The notes: generated by a model not told the origin, from the letters alone. Shown: positions 11,997 to 22,352, numbered from the stretch's first letter. The stretch is DNA of 64,000 bases from Verrucomicrobiia bacterium (GCA_035532155.1 DATKRN010000049.1:7102-71101), one strand, 5' to 3'. Numbers and translations are program-made.

Positions 11997-13052
11997 TCAG
12001 GCGGGGGGGAGCGGCCGCGCCGCCGAGCGGGCCCCGGCGAGCGGGAGCGCCGCCTTGGCGAGCACCGCGTGCTGACGGGAGCGCGCGGGGGTGCGCACCT
12101 TCAGCGGCAGGTCGCGCACCATCAGCAGCTGAGTCGCGATCACCTCGAAGCCGCGGGCGGCGACCGCGCGGGTGAGTTCGCTCTCGTAGTGGCGCAGCAC
12201 CCACAAGGTGGGGCCCTTGGGGATCTGATTCAGCAGGCTGTGGACCGCCTCCACCGCCAGGTTGGGCTCCTGCGGGTCGAGCAGCACCGCGACCAGCGAG
12301 GGGCGCGCCCGGGCGGGCAGTCGGATCCCGGCCCAGGCGAGCGGCCCGGCGCCGCGGTCGATCACCCAGTGGCGGCTGTCGCCCGCGCGGCCGTCGATCC
12401 GGGCCAGCCAGCCCAGCTGGAAGGTGGCGCGCCACTGCTTCAAGGAGGGCGCCTCCACCGCCGCGACCGCGTGCGGGGCGGTCCGCAGGTAGAGGGAATG
12501 GATCCCGACCAGGTCCTGGGGTCGGGCGGGCATCCACGGGCTGGGGTCGTCGGTCGGGGGGGCGGGGAGCTCGCGGAAGCGGATCTGCTCGGTCACGTAG
12601 GGGCGGAAGCCCTGGGCGCGGAAGGCCGGGTCGAGGGGGTGACCGAGCGGGATGCGGACCAGGAAGCGGTGGACTCCGCGCCCGAGACCCTCGGCGAAGA
12701 GCTGCTCCAGCAGGCGGCCGGCGACGGCCCCGTCGGTCTCGCCGGGGGCGACGCAGAGGTTGAGGACCTGCCAGGCGCGCCCCCCGGGGGCCGGCTCCGC
12801 TTGGATGAAGCCGACCACCCGGCCGCCGTCCTCGGCGACGTAGAGCTGATCCGACACGTCGGCGAGGGGGACGAAGCTGGAGAGCCCCTTGGTGAGGATG
12901 TACCAGGCACGCGCCAGCGCCGCCCCGGGGACGGGGCTCTGCGGGCCGGCTCCCTGGAGGCGCCGGCCCAGCTCGGGATCGCTCAGTTCAGTCGCCCGGT
13001 AGAGATCGTCGACCTGGCTGAGGTCCCGGTAGCTGGCGAGGCGAACCTGCAC
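11997..13052 (-). CDS. Tandem GNAT-fold acetyltransferase-like protein
   Basis: This is the C-terminal 351 aa of the 856-aa ORF-track entry. The first 500 aa of that entry are Arg/Pro/Gly junk. The real product has two GNAT-like halves (VVGFIQAEPAPGGRAWQVLNLCVAPGETDGAVAGRLLEQLFAEGLGRGVHRFLVRIP...; second half ...WVLRHYESELTRAVAARGFEV). The start was set at the GTG at 13052 (VQVRLASYRDL). Confidence 0.6.
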   Translation of the reverse strand: MQVRLASYRDLSQVDDLYRATELSDPELGRRLQGAGPQSPVPGAALARAWYILTKGLSSFVPLADVSDQLYVAEDGGRVVGFIQAEPAPGGRAWQVLNLCVAPGETDGAVAGRLLEQLFAEGLGRGVHRFLVRIPLGHPLDPAFRAQGFRPYVTEQIRFRELPAPPTDDPSPWMPARPQDLVGIHSLYLRTAPHAVAAVEAPSLKQWRATFQLGWLARIDGRAGDSRHWVIDRGAGPLAWAGIRLPARARPSLVAVLLDPQEPNLAVEAVHSLLNQIPKGPTLWVLRHYESELTRAVAARGFEVIATQLLMVRDLPLKVRTPARSRQHAVLAKAALPLAGARSAARPLPPA

Positions 13053-13342
13053 TCGACCAGTGTGCCGCTCGGAGTCGCCCGGGTGACGGTCGCGACCGCG
13101 TTCGGAGCAGGGTGGGCGCGGGGCAGGCTGACCGCCCCCACGGGGGCGGCGGCGGTGGGGCGACCGGGGCGTCGCCGCCGCCACCGTCGGGTGCGACCCC
13201 CGGCTCGGGGCCGAGGGGGCACGCGCCCGGTCGAGGGCCGCAAGGTCGGGCCCCGATGGCCCCGGTCCGACCCGCCGGCCAGGCGGACCGTCCGATCCGG
13301 GCCGGGGAGCGGGCCGGGCGACCCGCGGTCGCCGCCGGCCGC

Positions 13343-14917
13343 TCAGCCGAGGGCCTCGGTGCTCGGCCACAGGGCCGCCATCGACCGTCTCGGCGCGTGC
13401 GCGACGAGGATCGTCACCCCATCCTCCTGGGGCATGCAGTAGCGGCACCGGGACACGGCGCCGGCGGTGATGGATCGGAAGGCGCGGTGGGCGGCGGGGC
13501 GGCTCACCCCCACCAGCAGCACGGTGGCTCCGCTGCAATCCCCTTTGCCCCAGAAGTAGAAGCTGTTGCTGCCGCTGATGGCGGGAGGCAGTCCCAGCGC
13601 GGGACCGAACTGATCCAGCGCGGCCGCCTCCCCGTAGTTGGCGGCGAAGATGCAGGCGTCGCGGCGCTGGGCCGCCGGCAACCCGCGCGCCACCGCGCCC
13701 ACCACCCGGGCCAGGTGCCACCACCCGAACCGGTCGGCGAGCCACTGGGGCAGGATCGCGGCGTCGCCGCGCTGGATCTGGGCGCCCCCGTCGGTGCCGA
13801 GGAAGCCGTAGAGCTGTGCGTAGACCGGAGGCGACAGGATCGGCATCGCCACCGGTGCCAGCACGGCACCGCTCGCGAGCAGCAGCCCCAGCAGCCCCGG
13901 GCGCAGCCAGCGACGCGCCCCGTGCTCCAGCCGGGCCGCCACCCGCACCGAGCCGGCGGCGAACAGCATGGGGTACGCCGGGGCGAGGTAGTAGGACTTC
14001 GACGACGTCACGCTGAAGACCACGAAGAGGAGGCAGAACGCCCAGCCGAGCAGCTGCAGGCCACCGCCCGACCGCCCCCGGACGAGCGCGACGACACCCA
14101 CCAGCCACAGGGGCACGGTGGCGGGGTTCATGGTGTACGCCTGCTGCGCCGCAAACCCGAGCGGCGAATGGCTCGCCAGGGTCGCGGTGTAGGCCTGCCA
14201 GTAGGCAAAGGTGGCCCAGCTGTGCTGCGCCTCCCACACCAAGGTGGGAACGAGGAAGAGGGCCGCCACGCCGGCGCCCAGCCAGGGCCAGCGCGTCCGC
14301 AGCTGGCGGCGGGCGGGCGAGGCGACCAGGCCCACCCCCAGCGCTCCCAGGAAAAACAGGATCGTCAGCTTGGTGAGCAGCCCGAGGCCGGCCACCAAGC
14401 CGACGGCGAGCCACAGCCGGGGGCGGTCGCGGAGCATCAGGCGGACGATCAGGTAGGCGATCACCGTCCACCAGAGCTCGTCCCACACGTCCATCGAGAA
14501 GATCGAGCCGGTGGCGAGGAAGGTGAGGCACACCAAGGAGGCGGTCGCCGCCAGCGCCTGCGCCCACCGATCGCCCCCGAGCTCGCGGGCGATCAGCCCG
14601 GTCATCACCACCAGGCCGCCGCTCGCGAGCGCGGGCAGGACGTGGATCGCGGTCAGCGAATCGAGGCCGAGGTGCTCCAGCATCCAGGCGACCGCGGCGA
14701 TCAGGACCGGGAAGTCGACGTAGGCGAGCTGGAGGTGGTGGCCTGCGGCCAGGTAGTAGAGCTCGTCACGGAAGTAGCCGTAGCGACCGGCGACCGCAAG
14801 GTGGGCGAGAACCGCGGCGAGGGCGAGGGCGGCGACGATCACGGCACCGGAGACCGGGCGCCGGCCGGCTGCGGTCGGGGACGTCGAGCGGGATCGGGCG
14901 ACAGGGATGGAATGCAT
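13343..14917 (-). CDS. GT39 / ArnT-family integral-membrane glycosyltransferase (PMT_2; dolichyl-phosphate-mannose-protein mannosyltransferase-like)
   Basis: 525 aa with about 11 TM helices. ArnT/PMT-like N-terminal motifs (RYGYFRDELYYLAAGHHLQLAYVDFPVLIAAVAWM) are present, with a large C-terminal periplasmic domain. The start was set at the ATG at 14917 (MHSIPVARSRS). Confidence 0.8.
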   Translation of the reverse strand: MHSIPVARSRSTSPTAAGRRPVSGAVIVAALALAAVLAHLAVAGRYGYFRDELYYLAAGHHLQLAYVDFPVLIAAVAWMLEHLGLDSLTAIHVLPALASGGLVVMTGLIARELGGDRWAQALAATASLVCLTFLATGSIFSMDVWDELWWTVIAYLIVRLMLRDRPRLWLAVGLVAGLGLLTKLTILFFLGALGVGLVASPARRQLRTRWPWLGAGVAALFLVPTLVWEAQHSWATFAYWQAYTATLASHSPLGFAAQQAYTMNPATVPLWLVGVVALVRGRSGGGLQLLGWAFCLLFVVFSVTSSKSYYLAPAYPMLFAAGSVRVAARLEHGARRWLRPGLLGLLLASGAVLAPVAMPILSPPVYAQLYGFLGTDGGAQIQRGDAAILPQWLADRFGWWHLARVVGAVARGLPAAQRRDACIFAANYGEAAALDQFGPALGLPPAISGSNSFYFWGKGDCSGATVLLVGVSRPAAHRAFRSITAGAVSRCRYCMPQEDGVTILVAHAPRRSMAALWPSTEALG

Positions 14918-15047
14918 GGCGGCATCGTCCCGGGCCCCAGCCCCCTGGTCATCCCGCCCGGGGATGGGCGGGCCTCCCTCGTGAGGCGGAGGAGGGATCG
15001 CTCCCCCAGGGGATGCCCGCTCCCGGGACCGAGGATAGGATGGCGCC

Positions 15048-16214
15048 GTGCAATCCAGGCTCGCGGCCGCGCGGCTGGGAGCGTCGTGGCCCGGCATCCT
15101 GCTGGCCCTCGTCGTCGCCGGGAGCGCCCAGGCGCTGTCGATTGTGCAGCCCGGCCCGGCGGCCGACGGGCGTGCGCTCGATCTCCTGCTGGTGGCAGCG
15201 GCGACCGTGCCGCTGGCGTGGGCGCACCGCCATCCTCTGATGGTGTTCGCGGTCGGCGGCGGGGCCGCCCTGCTCCACGTGCTGCTCGGCTACCAGAACC
15301 CCTTCCCGGTGACCTTCGCGGTGCTGGCCTCCGTGTTCCAGGTGGCCGCGCGCGCCCGGCCCCGCCGGGCCGTCGCCGCGGCCGCCCTGGTGGCACTGGC
15401 GCTGCCGCTCAACTTCGCCGCGAGCTGGCACACCGCCGGCCACATCAGCTGGTCCGACATCCCGTACAACTACGGGCTGTTCGCGGCCGCCTTCATCCTC
15501 GGCGATGACGTTCGCCAACGGCGAGCCCGGGTGATCCAGCTGCAGCGGCGCGCCGCCCGGCTGGAGGTCGAGCAGGCCGAGGGCGAGCGACGCGCCGCCG
15601 AGCTGGAGCGGGAACGCATCGCGCGCGAGCTCCACGACACGATTGGGCACCACCTCAGCGTGATCGTGCTGCAGGCGGGGGCGGGGCGACGGGTCACGGG
15701 TGAGCCAACCGAGCGGGCGGCCGCGCTGCTCGGGTCGATCGAGGACTCGGCGAGACAGGCGCTGACCGAGGTTCGCCGCCTGCTCCACCTGGCCGGCACG
15801 CCGGCGCCGGACGACCGGCTCGCCCCCCAGCCCGGCCTGGGTGACCTCGACCAGCTGGTGACACAGGTGTCCCGGACCGGGCTCGCGGTCCAGCTGAGCG
15901 TGGAGGGAGTCCAGCGCCCGCTGCCTCCCAGCCTGGAGCTGTCCGCCTACCGGATCGTTCAGGAGGCACTCACCAACACCCTGCGGCATGCCGACGCACG
16001 GTCCGCCTGGGTCACGGTGCGCTACCGGCCCGACGATCTCCAGCTGTGCGTCCGGGACGACGGTCGCGGGGGAACGGGCCCGGCTGGAGGGGGCGGGCGG
16101 GGGCTGGTCGGAATGCGCCAGCGCGCCGCCCTCTTCGGGGGACAGCTCCGCGCAGGCCCCGGCGCCGCGGGCGGCTATCGGGTCGCCGTCATCCTGCCGC
16201 TCGAGCCCGGGTGA
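15048..16214 (+). CDS. Sensor histidine kinase, HisKA_3 / NarL-partner type
   Basis: Multi-TM N-terminus, coiled-coil, H-box ELHDTIGHHLSVIVLQAGAG, HATPase_c (VRDDGRGG...GRGLVGMRQR). The stop overlaps the response-regulator start (TGATG at 16212..16216). Confidence 0.85.
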   Translation: MQSRLAAARLGASWPGILLALVVAGSAQALSIVQPGPAADGRALDLLLVAAATVPLAWAHRHPLMVFAVGGGAALLHVLLGYQNPFPVTFAVLASVFQVAARARPRRAVAAAALVALALPLNFAASWHTAGHISWSDIPYNYGLFAAAFILGDDVRQRRARVIQLQRRAARLEVEQAEGERRAAELERERIARELHDTIGHHLSVIVLQAGAGRRVTGEPTERAAALLGSIEDSARQALTEVRRLLHLAGTPAPDDRLAPQPGLGDLDQLVTQVSRTGLAVQLSVEGVQRPLPPSLELSAYRIVQEALTNTLRHADARSAWVTVRYRPDDLQLCVRDDGRGGTGPAGGGGRGLVGMRQRAALFGGQLRAGPGAAGGYRVAVILPLEPG

Positions 16215-16891
16215 TGATTCGGCTGGTGATCGCGGACGATCAGCCGCTGGTTCTGTCCGGGCTGCGAATGGTGTTCGAGCCCGAGCCCGACATCGAGGTC
16301 ATCGGGGCCGCCGCCGATGGCGAGGAGGCGGTCGTCTGCTGCCGCCGACTCCGGCCCGACGTGGCCGTCCTCGACCTGCGCATGCCCCGCACGGACGGGA
16401 TCGAGGCGACCCGGCGCCTGCTCGGCGCCCAGGGCGTCAGCGGCCTGCGGGTTCTGATCCTCACCACCTTTGACGACGACGCCTCGGTGTACGGGGCGCT
16501 GCGCGCGGGAGCCAGCGGGTTCCTCCTCAAGGATGCTCCGGCGGAGCAGATTGTCGCCGCGGTGCGCACGGTCGCGGCCGGCGAGGCGCTGCTCGCACCG
16601 CGCGTGACCCGCCGGCTGATCGCGGCGTTCACCGATGGTCCACGCCGGGACGCGGCGGCCGACCCGCGCGTGGGCACGTGCACCGAACGGGAGCTGGAGG
16701 TGCTCCGGCTGGTCGCCCGGGGGCTCTCCAACTCGGAGATCGCGCAGACCCTCCGCGTCGGAGAGTCGACGGTCAAGACCCACGTCGGCCACCTCTTGGA
16801 CAAGCTCGAGCTGCGCGACCGGGTCCAGGCGGTGGTCTTCGCCTTCGAGGCCGGCTTGGTGCGGAGTTCCGGGGGCCGTGCCGAGCGGTAG
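16214..16891 (+). CDS. Two-component response regulator, NarL/LuxR family
   Basis: MIRLVIADDQPLVLSGLRMV...VAVLDLRMPRTDGIEATRRL receiver domain. C-terminal LuxR HTH (ELEVLRLVARGLSNSEIAQTLRVGESTVKTHVGHLLDKL). Confidence 0.9.
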   Translation: MIRLVIADDQPLVLSGLRMVFEPEPDIEVIGAAADGEEAVVCCRRLRPDVAVLDLRMPRTDGIEATRRLLGAQGVSGLRVLILTTFDDDASVYGALRAGASGFLLKDAPAEQIVAAVRTVAAGEALLAPRVTRRLIAAFTDGPRRDAAADPRVGTCTERELEVLRLVARGLSNSEIAQTLRVGESTVKTHVGHLLDKLELRDRVQAVVFAFEAGLVRSSGGRAER

Positions 16892-17762
16892 CCGCCTACC
16901 GGGGCGGGGCCCACCACCAGATCGCGAACCACTGGTGCCGGCCACGGCGGCGATCACCGGTCCGCCGCCCGCCGGCACGGCTCCTGAAGGAGCGAGGCCA
17001 GCCCCGGTGGTGAGATCGGACTCTCCCCGAGGACTGGGGGCGGGCGTCGGGAGTGCGCACCGCCGGCACCGCGCCGGGGAGACGGAATGCCCCAGGCGGC
17101 CCTCCCACGCGATCGCCCCCGCGCCCCTCCGAGGCGGGCCGCCTCGCCGGCCGTGGCCCGGGAGAGACGCGGCCCGCGCCCACGACCGCGCCGGGAGAGC
17201 GGTCCCGCCCCGCCCGCCGGCCACGGCTCGCGGCGCACCGATCGGCGGCGAGGGGGGAAGCCCGCGCCCCCCAATCCCCCGCGCCGGCGGCGCCCGTGTG
17301 TCGGCTGTCTCCGATATCGGCGTAGAGCACGCAGCCGGAACACACCGGGAGAGAGCCGGTGCCGTCGGCCTGGACCGTGTGCCCTGGCCTCGGGGGCGTC
17401 CCGAATCCCTTCGAAAGGGCCACGGTGTGTCGACCCGCTCCGGGCGAAGGGGCCACCCCCGTGCATGCCTGCGGCACCGCGGCGTCAGCCGGTCCCGCCA
17501 CCCCTGGGGGCTGGATCGCCGGTGGGGGATCGGCTGCGATGGACGGCGGTCGACCCGACCACCCCGAGCGCCGCCAGTCGCGGTCGGGGGAGCGCCCGAT
17601 CCCCCCTGGCCGGCGTGGGTCCCGCGCTGCGGGATGGGACGGGGGCGGGCCCGGGTACCGGGCGGGTCGGTCACCGACGCGTCCTCGGCGGTCTCGCCGA
17701 CCATCAGCGTCAGCGGGCGGGTGGCGGACCCCCCCGCCGGGGCGATCTGGCTCCGGCCGCCC

Positions 17763-18425
17763 TCAGGTCCCCGGTCCGGGCGGGAGAGCCAGTCCCGCGA
17801 GGAAGAGGGCATGCAGGCGAGGGTCGCCTGTGATCTCGGGATGAAAGGTGAGCGCCAGGTGACGTCCCTGCCGGACCGCCACCGGCCGGCCGTCGTGGCG
17901 GGCGAGCACCTCCACATCGGGGCCGACCGTCTCGATCGTGGGGGCCCGGATGAAGACGACCGGTACCGGGTCGGGGCCGACCGCAGGAAGGGCGAGATCC
18001 GCCTCAAACGAGTCGCGTTGGCGTCCGTAAGCATTGCGGCGGACCGCGATATCAAGCACGCCGAGAGCGAGCTGACCGGGAAGCCCATCCTGGATCGTGC
18101 GCGCCAGCAGGATCGTGCCGGCGCAGGTGGCAAGGCAGCTGACCCCGGCGCGGATGGCGGCGCGGAGCGGCGCCTCCAGCTCGAAGGCCGCTATCAGACG
18201 CGCCACGGTGCTGCTCTCCCCCCCCGGCAGCACCAGCGCGGCGCAGCCGGCCAGCTCCGCCGCGGTCCGGACCGGACGCGCCGCCACCCCCAGCGTTCCC
18301 AGGATCGCGAGATGCTCGCGCACGTCGCCCTGAAGGGCCAGCACCCCGACCGTGATCCCGTCGGGCGCGCTCCGCCCGGCGGAGCCGCCGGGTTCACGCG
18401 GGGCAACCACCCGCCGAGTCGCCAC
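17763..18425 (-). CDS. pdxT: Pyridoxal 5'-phosphate synthase, glutaminase subunit
   Basis: ITVGVLALQGDVREHL...catalytic triad context CAGTILLA...HPE. It is immediately downstream of pdxS. The start may be slightly internal. Confidence 0.85.
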   Translation of the reverse strand: MATRRVVAPREPGGSAGRSAPDGITVGVLALQGDVREHLAILGTLGVAARPVRTAAELAGCAALVLPGGESSTVARLIAAFELEAPLRAAIRAGVSCLATCAGTILLARTIQDGLPGQLALGVLDIAVRRNAYGRQRDSFEADLALPAVGPDPVPVVFIRAPTIETVGPDVEVLARHDGRPVAVRQGRHLALTFHPEITGDPRLHALFLAGLALPPGPGT

Positions 18426-18430
18426 CGGGA

Positions 18431-19336
18431 TCAGATCCCCCGCGCGGCCAGCAGCTCCTCACGGCCGAGCGTCGCGATCTCGATCCCGACCATCGGCTCG
18501 CCGAGGTCGGCCGAGATCTCCGCCAGCATGTCGGGCTTGTCAAAGTAGGTGGTGGCGGCGACGATCGCCTTGGCCCGGCGCTTCGGGTCCCCACTCTTGA
18601 AGATCCCGCTCCCGACGAAGTTGCCGTCACAGCCGAGCTGCATCATCAGCGCGGCATCGGCGGGCGTGGCCAGACCCCCGGCGGAGAAGTTCACAACCGG
18701 GAGCCGGCCGAGTCGGCTCACCTCGCGGACCAGCTCCAACGACGCTCCCAGCTCCTTGGCGGCCCCGGGAAGCTCGTCGTCGCGCAGGCCCTGGAGGCGG
18801 CGGATCCCCTGGCTGACGGCCCGCATGTGGCGCACCGCCTCGACCACATTGCCGGTGCCGGCCTCGCCCTTGGTGCGGATCATCGCCGCCCCCTCGCTGA
18901 TGCGTCGGAGCGCTTCGCCGAGATCGCGCGCCCCGCAGACGAAGGGCACCGTGAAGGGCCACTTGTCGACGTGGTTCTCCTCATCCGCGGGGGTAAGGAC
19001 CTCGGACTCGTCGATGTAGTCGACCCCTAGCGCCTGGAGAATCTGGGCCTCGACAAGGTGACCGATGCGGCACTTGGCCATCACGGGGATGCTGACGGCG
19101 CCGATGATCGCCTTGATCAGGCCCGGGTCGCTCATGCGCGCGACCCCGCCATCGCGGCGGATGTCGGCCGGGACTCGCTCCAGCGCCATCACCGCGACCG
19201 CGCCCGCCTCCTGCGCGATCTCCGCCTGGTCGGGGGTGACGACATCCATGATGACGCCGCCCTTCAGCATCTCCGCGAGCCCCCGCTTCACGCGGGGGCT
19301 GCCGGTGACGACGTGACCGTTGGTCTCGGCGGACAT
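18431..19336 (-). CDS. pdxS: Pyridoxal 5'-phosphate synthase, lyase subunit
   Basis: [38 protein letters not shown]...VMAKCRIGH...[16 protein letters not shown]. Highly conserved PdxS. The start was moved to MSAETNGHV at 19336. Confidence 0.9.
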   Translation of the reverse strand: MSAETNGHVVTGSPRVKRGLAEMLKGGVIMDVVTPDQAEIAQEAGAVAVMALERVPADIRRDGGVARMSDPGLIKAIIGAVSIPVMAKCRIGHLVEAQILQALGVDYIDESEVLTPADEENHVDKWPFTVPFVCGARDLGEALRRISEGAAMIRTKGEAGTGNVVEAVRHMRAVSQGIRRLQGLRDDELPGAAKELGASLELVREVSRLGRLPVVNFSAGGLATPADAALMMQLGCDGNFVGSGIFKSGDPKRRAKAIVAATTYFDKPDMLAEISADLGEPMVGIEIATLGREELLAARGI

Positions 19337-19510
19337 GGTGTGCTCCTTGGCGGGGCACATGCCGCCCGCACCTGGGCAGAGTCCCCCATCGACCCTTGCC
19401 TGATTCTACCCCGCGCCGGCGGGAGAGCGGCGCGGGGGGCGCCGGCGCGGGGGGCGCCGGCGGGACTGCCGGCAGCGACGGTGGCCCGCCGATGCTAGGC
19501 TGGCGGCGCT

Positions 19511-19585
19511 GCCGCCATGGCGCAGGGGTAGCGCAGGGGCCTTTTAAGCCCAGGGTCGCAGGTTCGAATCCTGCTGGCGGCACCA
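19511..19585 (+). tRNA. tRNA-Lys (anticodon TTT)
   Basis: Manual fold. Acceptor GCCGCCA/TGGCGGC. D arm GCGC-AGGGGTA-GCGC. Anticodon stem GGGGC/GCCCA with loop CTTTTAA. Variable loop GGGTC. T arm GCAGG-TTCGAAT-CCTGC (identical to the E. coli tRNA-Lys T arm). Discriminator A plus encoded CCA. Confidence 0.8.
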
Positions 19586-20145
19586 GTTCGGCGGTTCGAT
19601 CGCCCGGCTTTCCGGCATCGGCCATCCTGTCCCCGGCACGCTTTGGGGCAGGGTCGCCGGGAGCGCCGGCTCGACAGCGCTCCCGACCCGCACCCCGGCC
19701 TCGAGCGGAGACCGCAGACGGGCGTGCAGGGGTGGCCGCCCCTCGGCCACCGCGGGCGGCCACGTGCGGGCAGCTGCGATTCCCCGTGAGCGGGAGACCG
19801 GCTCGGCCGCGGCCGTCCGCACTCGAGGGCGCGCCCTCGCCCAGGGGACCCCGTCGCGCCAGGGCGAGCCGGCCTCAGCCCGCTTTCCGGGCCACGTGGT
19901 GGCGGGCCGCTCGCCCGCACCGGGTCGCAATCGCCTCCAGCGCTGCTGTGATCGCCCCGGCACCGGATCCGGCGGCCCCGCTCGGATTGACGGCTGCTGC
20001 TCTGGGGTGCCGGTCAGTACCGTAGCGGACCGACGCCGCGACCCCCGCTTGCCACCGTGGAGTGGGAGCCGGTGCGAGGCGGGCCAACCCCGATCGCAGA
20101 TCGCCGCGGGTGGGTCTGCTGCCAAAGGCCTTGGAGGGGTTGGAA

Positions 20146-20757
20146 GTGACGGGGACTCTCGCGACGCTGTTGGGACGGGCGGGCACCCCCGCGCAGATCC
20201 CCGAACCCCGCCTGGCGCGATTTATGTTTGCCGACGTTCGGCTCGGGTGGCTCTGGCTTCTGATTCGGGTCTATGTGGGCTGGCAGTGGCTCTCGGCCGC
20301 AATCGAGAAGCTGCAGGGGCCGGGCTGGATCGGGACCGGAGCCGGTTCGGCCCTCAGGGGATTTGTCGACGGATCGATCCGGGGGAGCGTCGGCGCCCAT
20401 GCGGCGGTGCAGGGATGGTACGCGGGCCCGCTCAGGGATCTGGTCCTGCCTCACACGGCCGTGTGGTCCTACGCGGTCACCTTCGGCGAGCTGGCCGTGG
20501 GACTCGCCCTCATCCTGGGGCTGTTCACCGGCATCGCCGCCTTCTCAGGGGCCTTCATGAACATGAACTACATGATGGCGGGCACGGTCAGCATCAATCC
20601 GATCCTGCTGTTCTTGGAGCTCTTTTTGATCCTGGCCTGGCAGGTCGCGGGCTACCTCGGGCTGGACTTCTTCGCGCTGCCGTGGCTGGGCACCCCCTGG
20701 AACCGAGGGCCCCTAAGCACCCCGGCCCTCCCCCGGGTCAGCCCGCTGCCGGACTGA
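20146..20757 (+). CDS. DoxX-family membrane protein
   Basis: FADVRLGWLWLLIRVYVGWQWLSAAIEKL...four-TM DoxX-like profile. A GTG start at 20146 is preceded by GGAGGGG. Confidence 0.55.
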   Translation: MTGTLATLLGRAGTPAQIPEPRLARFMFADVRLGWLWLLIRVYVGWQWLSAAIEKLQGPGWIGTGAGSALRGFVDGSIRGSVGAHAAVQGWYAGPLRDLVLPHTAVWSYAVTFGELAVGLALILGLFTGIAAFSGAFMNMNYMMAGTVSINPILLFLELFLILAWQVAGYLGLDFFALPWLGTPWNRGPLSTPALPRVSPLPD

Positions 20758-20893
20758 CGCCGACCCCGGTGCCCGCCCGCCGGGATTCGGGCGGGCCGAG
20801 ATCAGCCGCCCGCCGCTCGGGCGACGGCGCACCGGACGGCCGCGGGTCACGATCTCGGATCCGGGCCCCGGGGACTCCGTCTGCCCGCCACTC

Positions 20894-21631
20894 TCAGGGG
20901 AAGATCCCGGAGGTGCAGATGGCGTAGGTCATGTTGTTGGGAGCGATCGCGGCGAGGTTGGGGAGGGCGAACGTGGTCATGCCGTTGCCGCCGTAGGTGG
21001 TGCCAAGCAGCTCGAAGAGGGCGGCGTTGGTGGAGATCGACAGCAGCTGACCACTGGCGGCCACCTCGGTGGCGGGGATCGAATCCCCCGCGGTGAGCAG
21101 CACATCGCCGAGGGTGCAGGCCGCACCCCCCCCGCTGCCTGCGCCCGCCAGGTTGGTGTTGTGCCCGAACCGTGCGACGTAGGCGTCTGCAGTCGGATCG
21201 CCCCCGGGGAGGCCGGTCGCCCCTGTCGGTCCCACCGGACCGGTCGGCCCCGGCGCTCCGCTCGGCCCTGCCGCCCCGGTGGGTCCCGCTGGTCCACCGG
21301 GCCCCGCGGGGCCCGTCGCCCCCACCGCGCCGGCCGGCCCGGGCAGGCCCGCCGGCCCCGCGATCCCCGGTGTGCCCTGGGGTCCGGCAGGACCCGAGCG
21401 GCCAACTTGGTTCCACCGCACCACCGCGTCGTGGGGAGCGCAGCGGAGCCCAGATCTCCCAATGGTGACGTGGTAGAGGGTGTGGTGTGCCCGCGACAGG
21501 CAGGCGGTGAAGGTCGGCGGCGCCGCGCGCCCCGACGCGAGCACCACCTGGCCCAGACTCATTCCGGCGGCGACGAGGGCGGCGCTCGCCCCCAAAGCGG
21601 ACAGGCGACTCCGTGGCCACCGAACGTTCAT
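20894..21631 (-). CDS. Secreted collagen-like (Gly-X-Y repeat) protein with a C-terminal phage tail-collar (MdpB-like) domain
   Basis: Signal peptide [27 protein letters not shown]. About 25 uninterrupted G-X-Y triplets ([64 protein letters not shown]). C-terminal collar-domain hallmark [22 protein letters not shown]. Confidence 0.7.
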   Translation of the reverse strand: MNVRWPRSRLSALGASAALVAAGMSLGQVVLASGRAAPPTFTACLSRAHHTLYHVTIGRSGLRCAPHDAVVRWNQVGRSGPAGPQGTPGIAGPAGLPGPAGAVGATGPAGPGGPAGPTGAAGPSGAPGPTGPVGPTGATGLPGGDPTADAYVARFGHNTNLAGAGSGGGAACTLGDVLLTAGDSIPATEVAASGQLLSISTNAALFELLGTTYGGNGMTTFALPNLAAIAPNNMTYAICTSGIFP

Positions 21632-22352
21632 CGCACACCTCCCCCGGTGGGTCGGACCCGGGCACCTGGACCACGCAGCAGAGTGGCGCAGTCAACCATG
21701 GACGGACGAGTCCAGTCAATGTCCGGCAGGGCGGGTGAGAGAGACGCGACAGGAGCGTCACCCGGGCGCCACCCTCTGGCGTCCCCCCTGTCTCGCGGCC
21801 GCCGGCCATCCCGGCGGGGCGGATCGCTTGAGCTGGGGAACCGATCCTCCAGACGAGCGCGTGGCGAGAGCATCAACAGGCCCGCGCTGGCGGGCGGCGT
21901 CGCCATCGTCGGCGCGTCCGATCGTGGGCTCCGGGTCCAGCGAGCCAGCCGCCGGCGCGCATCGGTGGCCGACGGCCAAATGTGCTCCGGCTGGGCGGAT
22001 GCAGGCACAGCGACCGCGTGCCCTGCCTCCCTTTGCGCAGGAGGCCCGGTCGCTCGGGTCCCGCTCCCAGTCGATGAGCGGCGGCCGGTCGCAGTCGACG
22101 GCGCCAGCGGCCCCAGCCCCTCAAGGGCCTGCGCGCGGGTGACCCTGTCAGGGTCGCGGTCGGTCAGGGTGATGTCGGCCGCCCCCGCGTCCCCGAGCTC
22201 GACCCGATCAGCACCGGGAAGCTGGGCGCAGGTCCGGGCGGCGAGCCGGCACGTCTGCGCCCCGGGATCCATCCCGACAACGCTCCCGGTCCGACCACGA
22301 GCGCGCCTCCGGGGCCGAGGTCGACGACGCACCCGCGGGCGCGCCGGCTCGC

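Noticed and set aside
11997-14567. 856-aa minus-strand ORF suggesting one large protein
   Set aside because: Only the C-terminal 351 aa (tandem GNAT) look like a protein. The upstream 500 aa are Arg/Pro/Gly junk, and they overlap the real GT39 glycosyltransferase in another frame (13343..14917). The start was reassigned to the GTG at 13052.
13112-15508. 798-aa plus-strand ORF spanning the glycosyltransferase locus
   Set aside because: Antisense to the GT39 gene. Gly/Arg/Glu/Asp low complexity. It runs across the divergent intergenic region into the histidine kinase in a different frame.
22140-22154. Perfect palindrome GACCCTGTCAGGGTC considered as a Rho-independent terminator
   Set aside because: There is no downstream T/U tract, and the surrounding region is not at a 3' gene end in either orientation. 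It is kept only as a landmark inside the unexplained 720-bp non-coding stretch.
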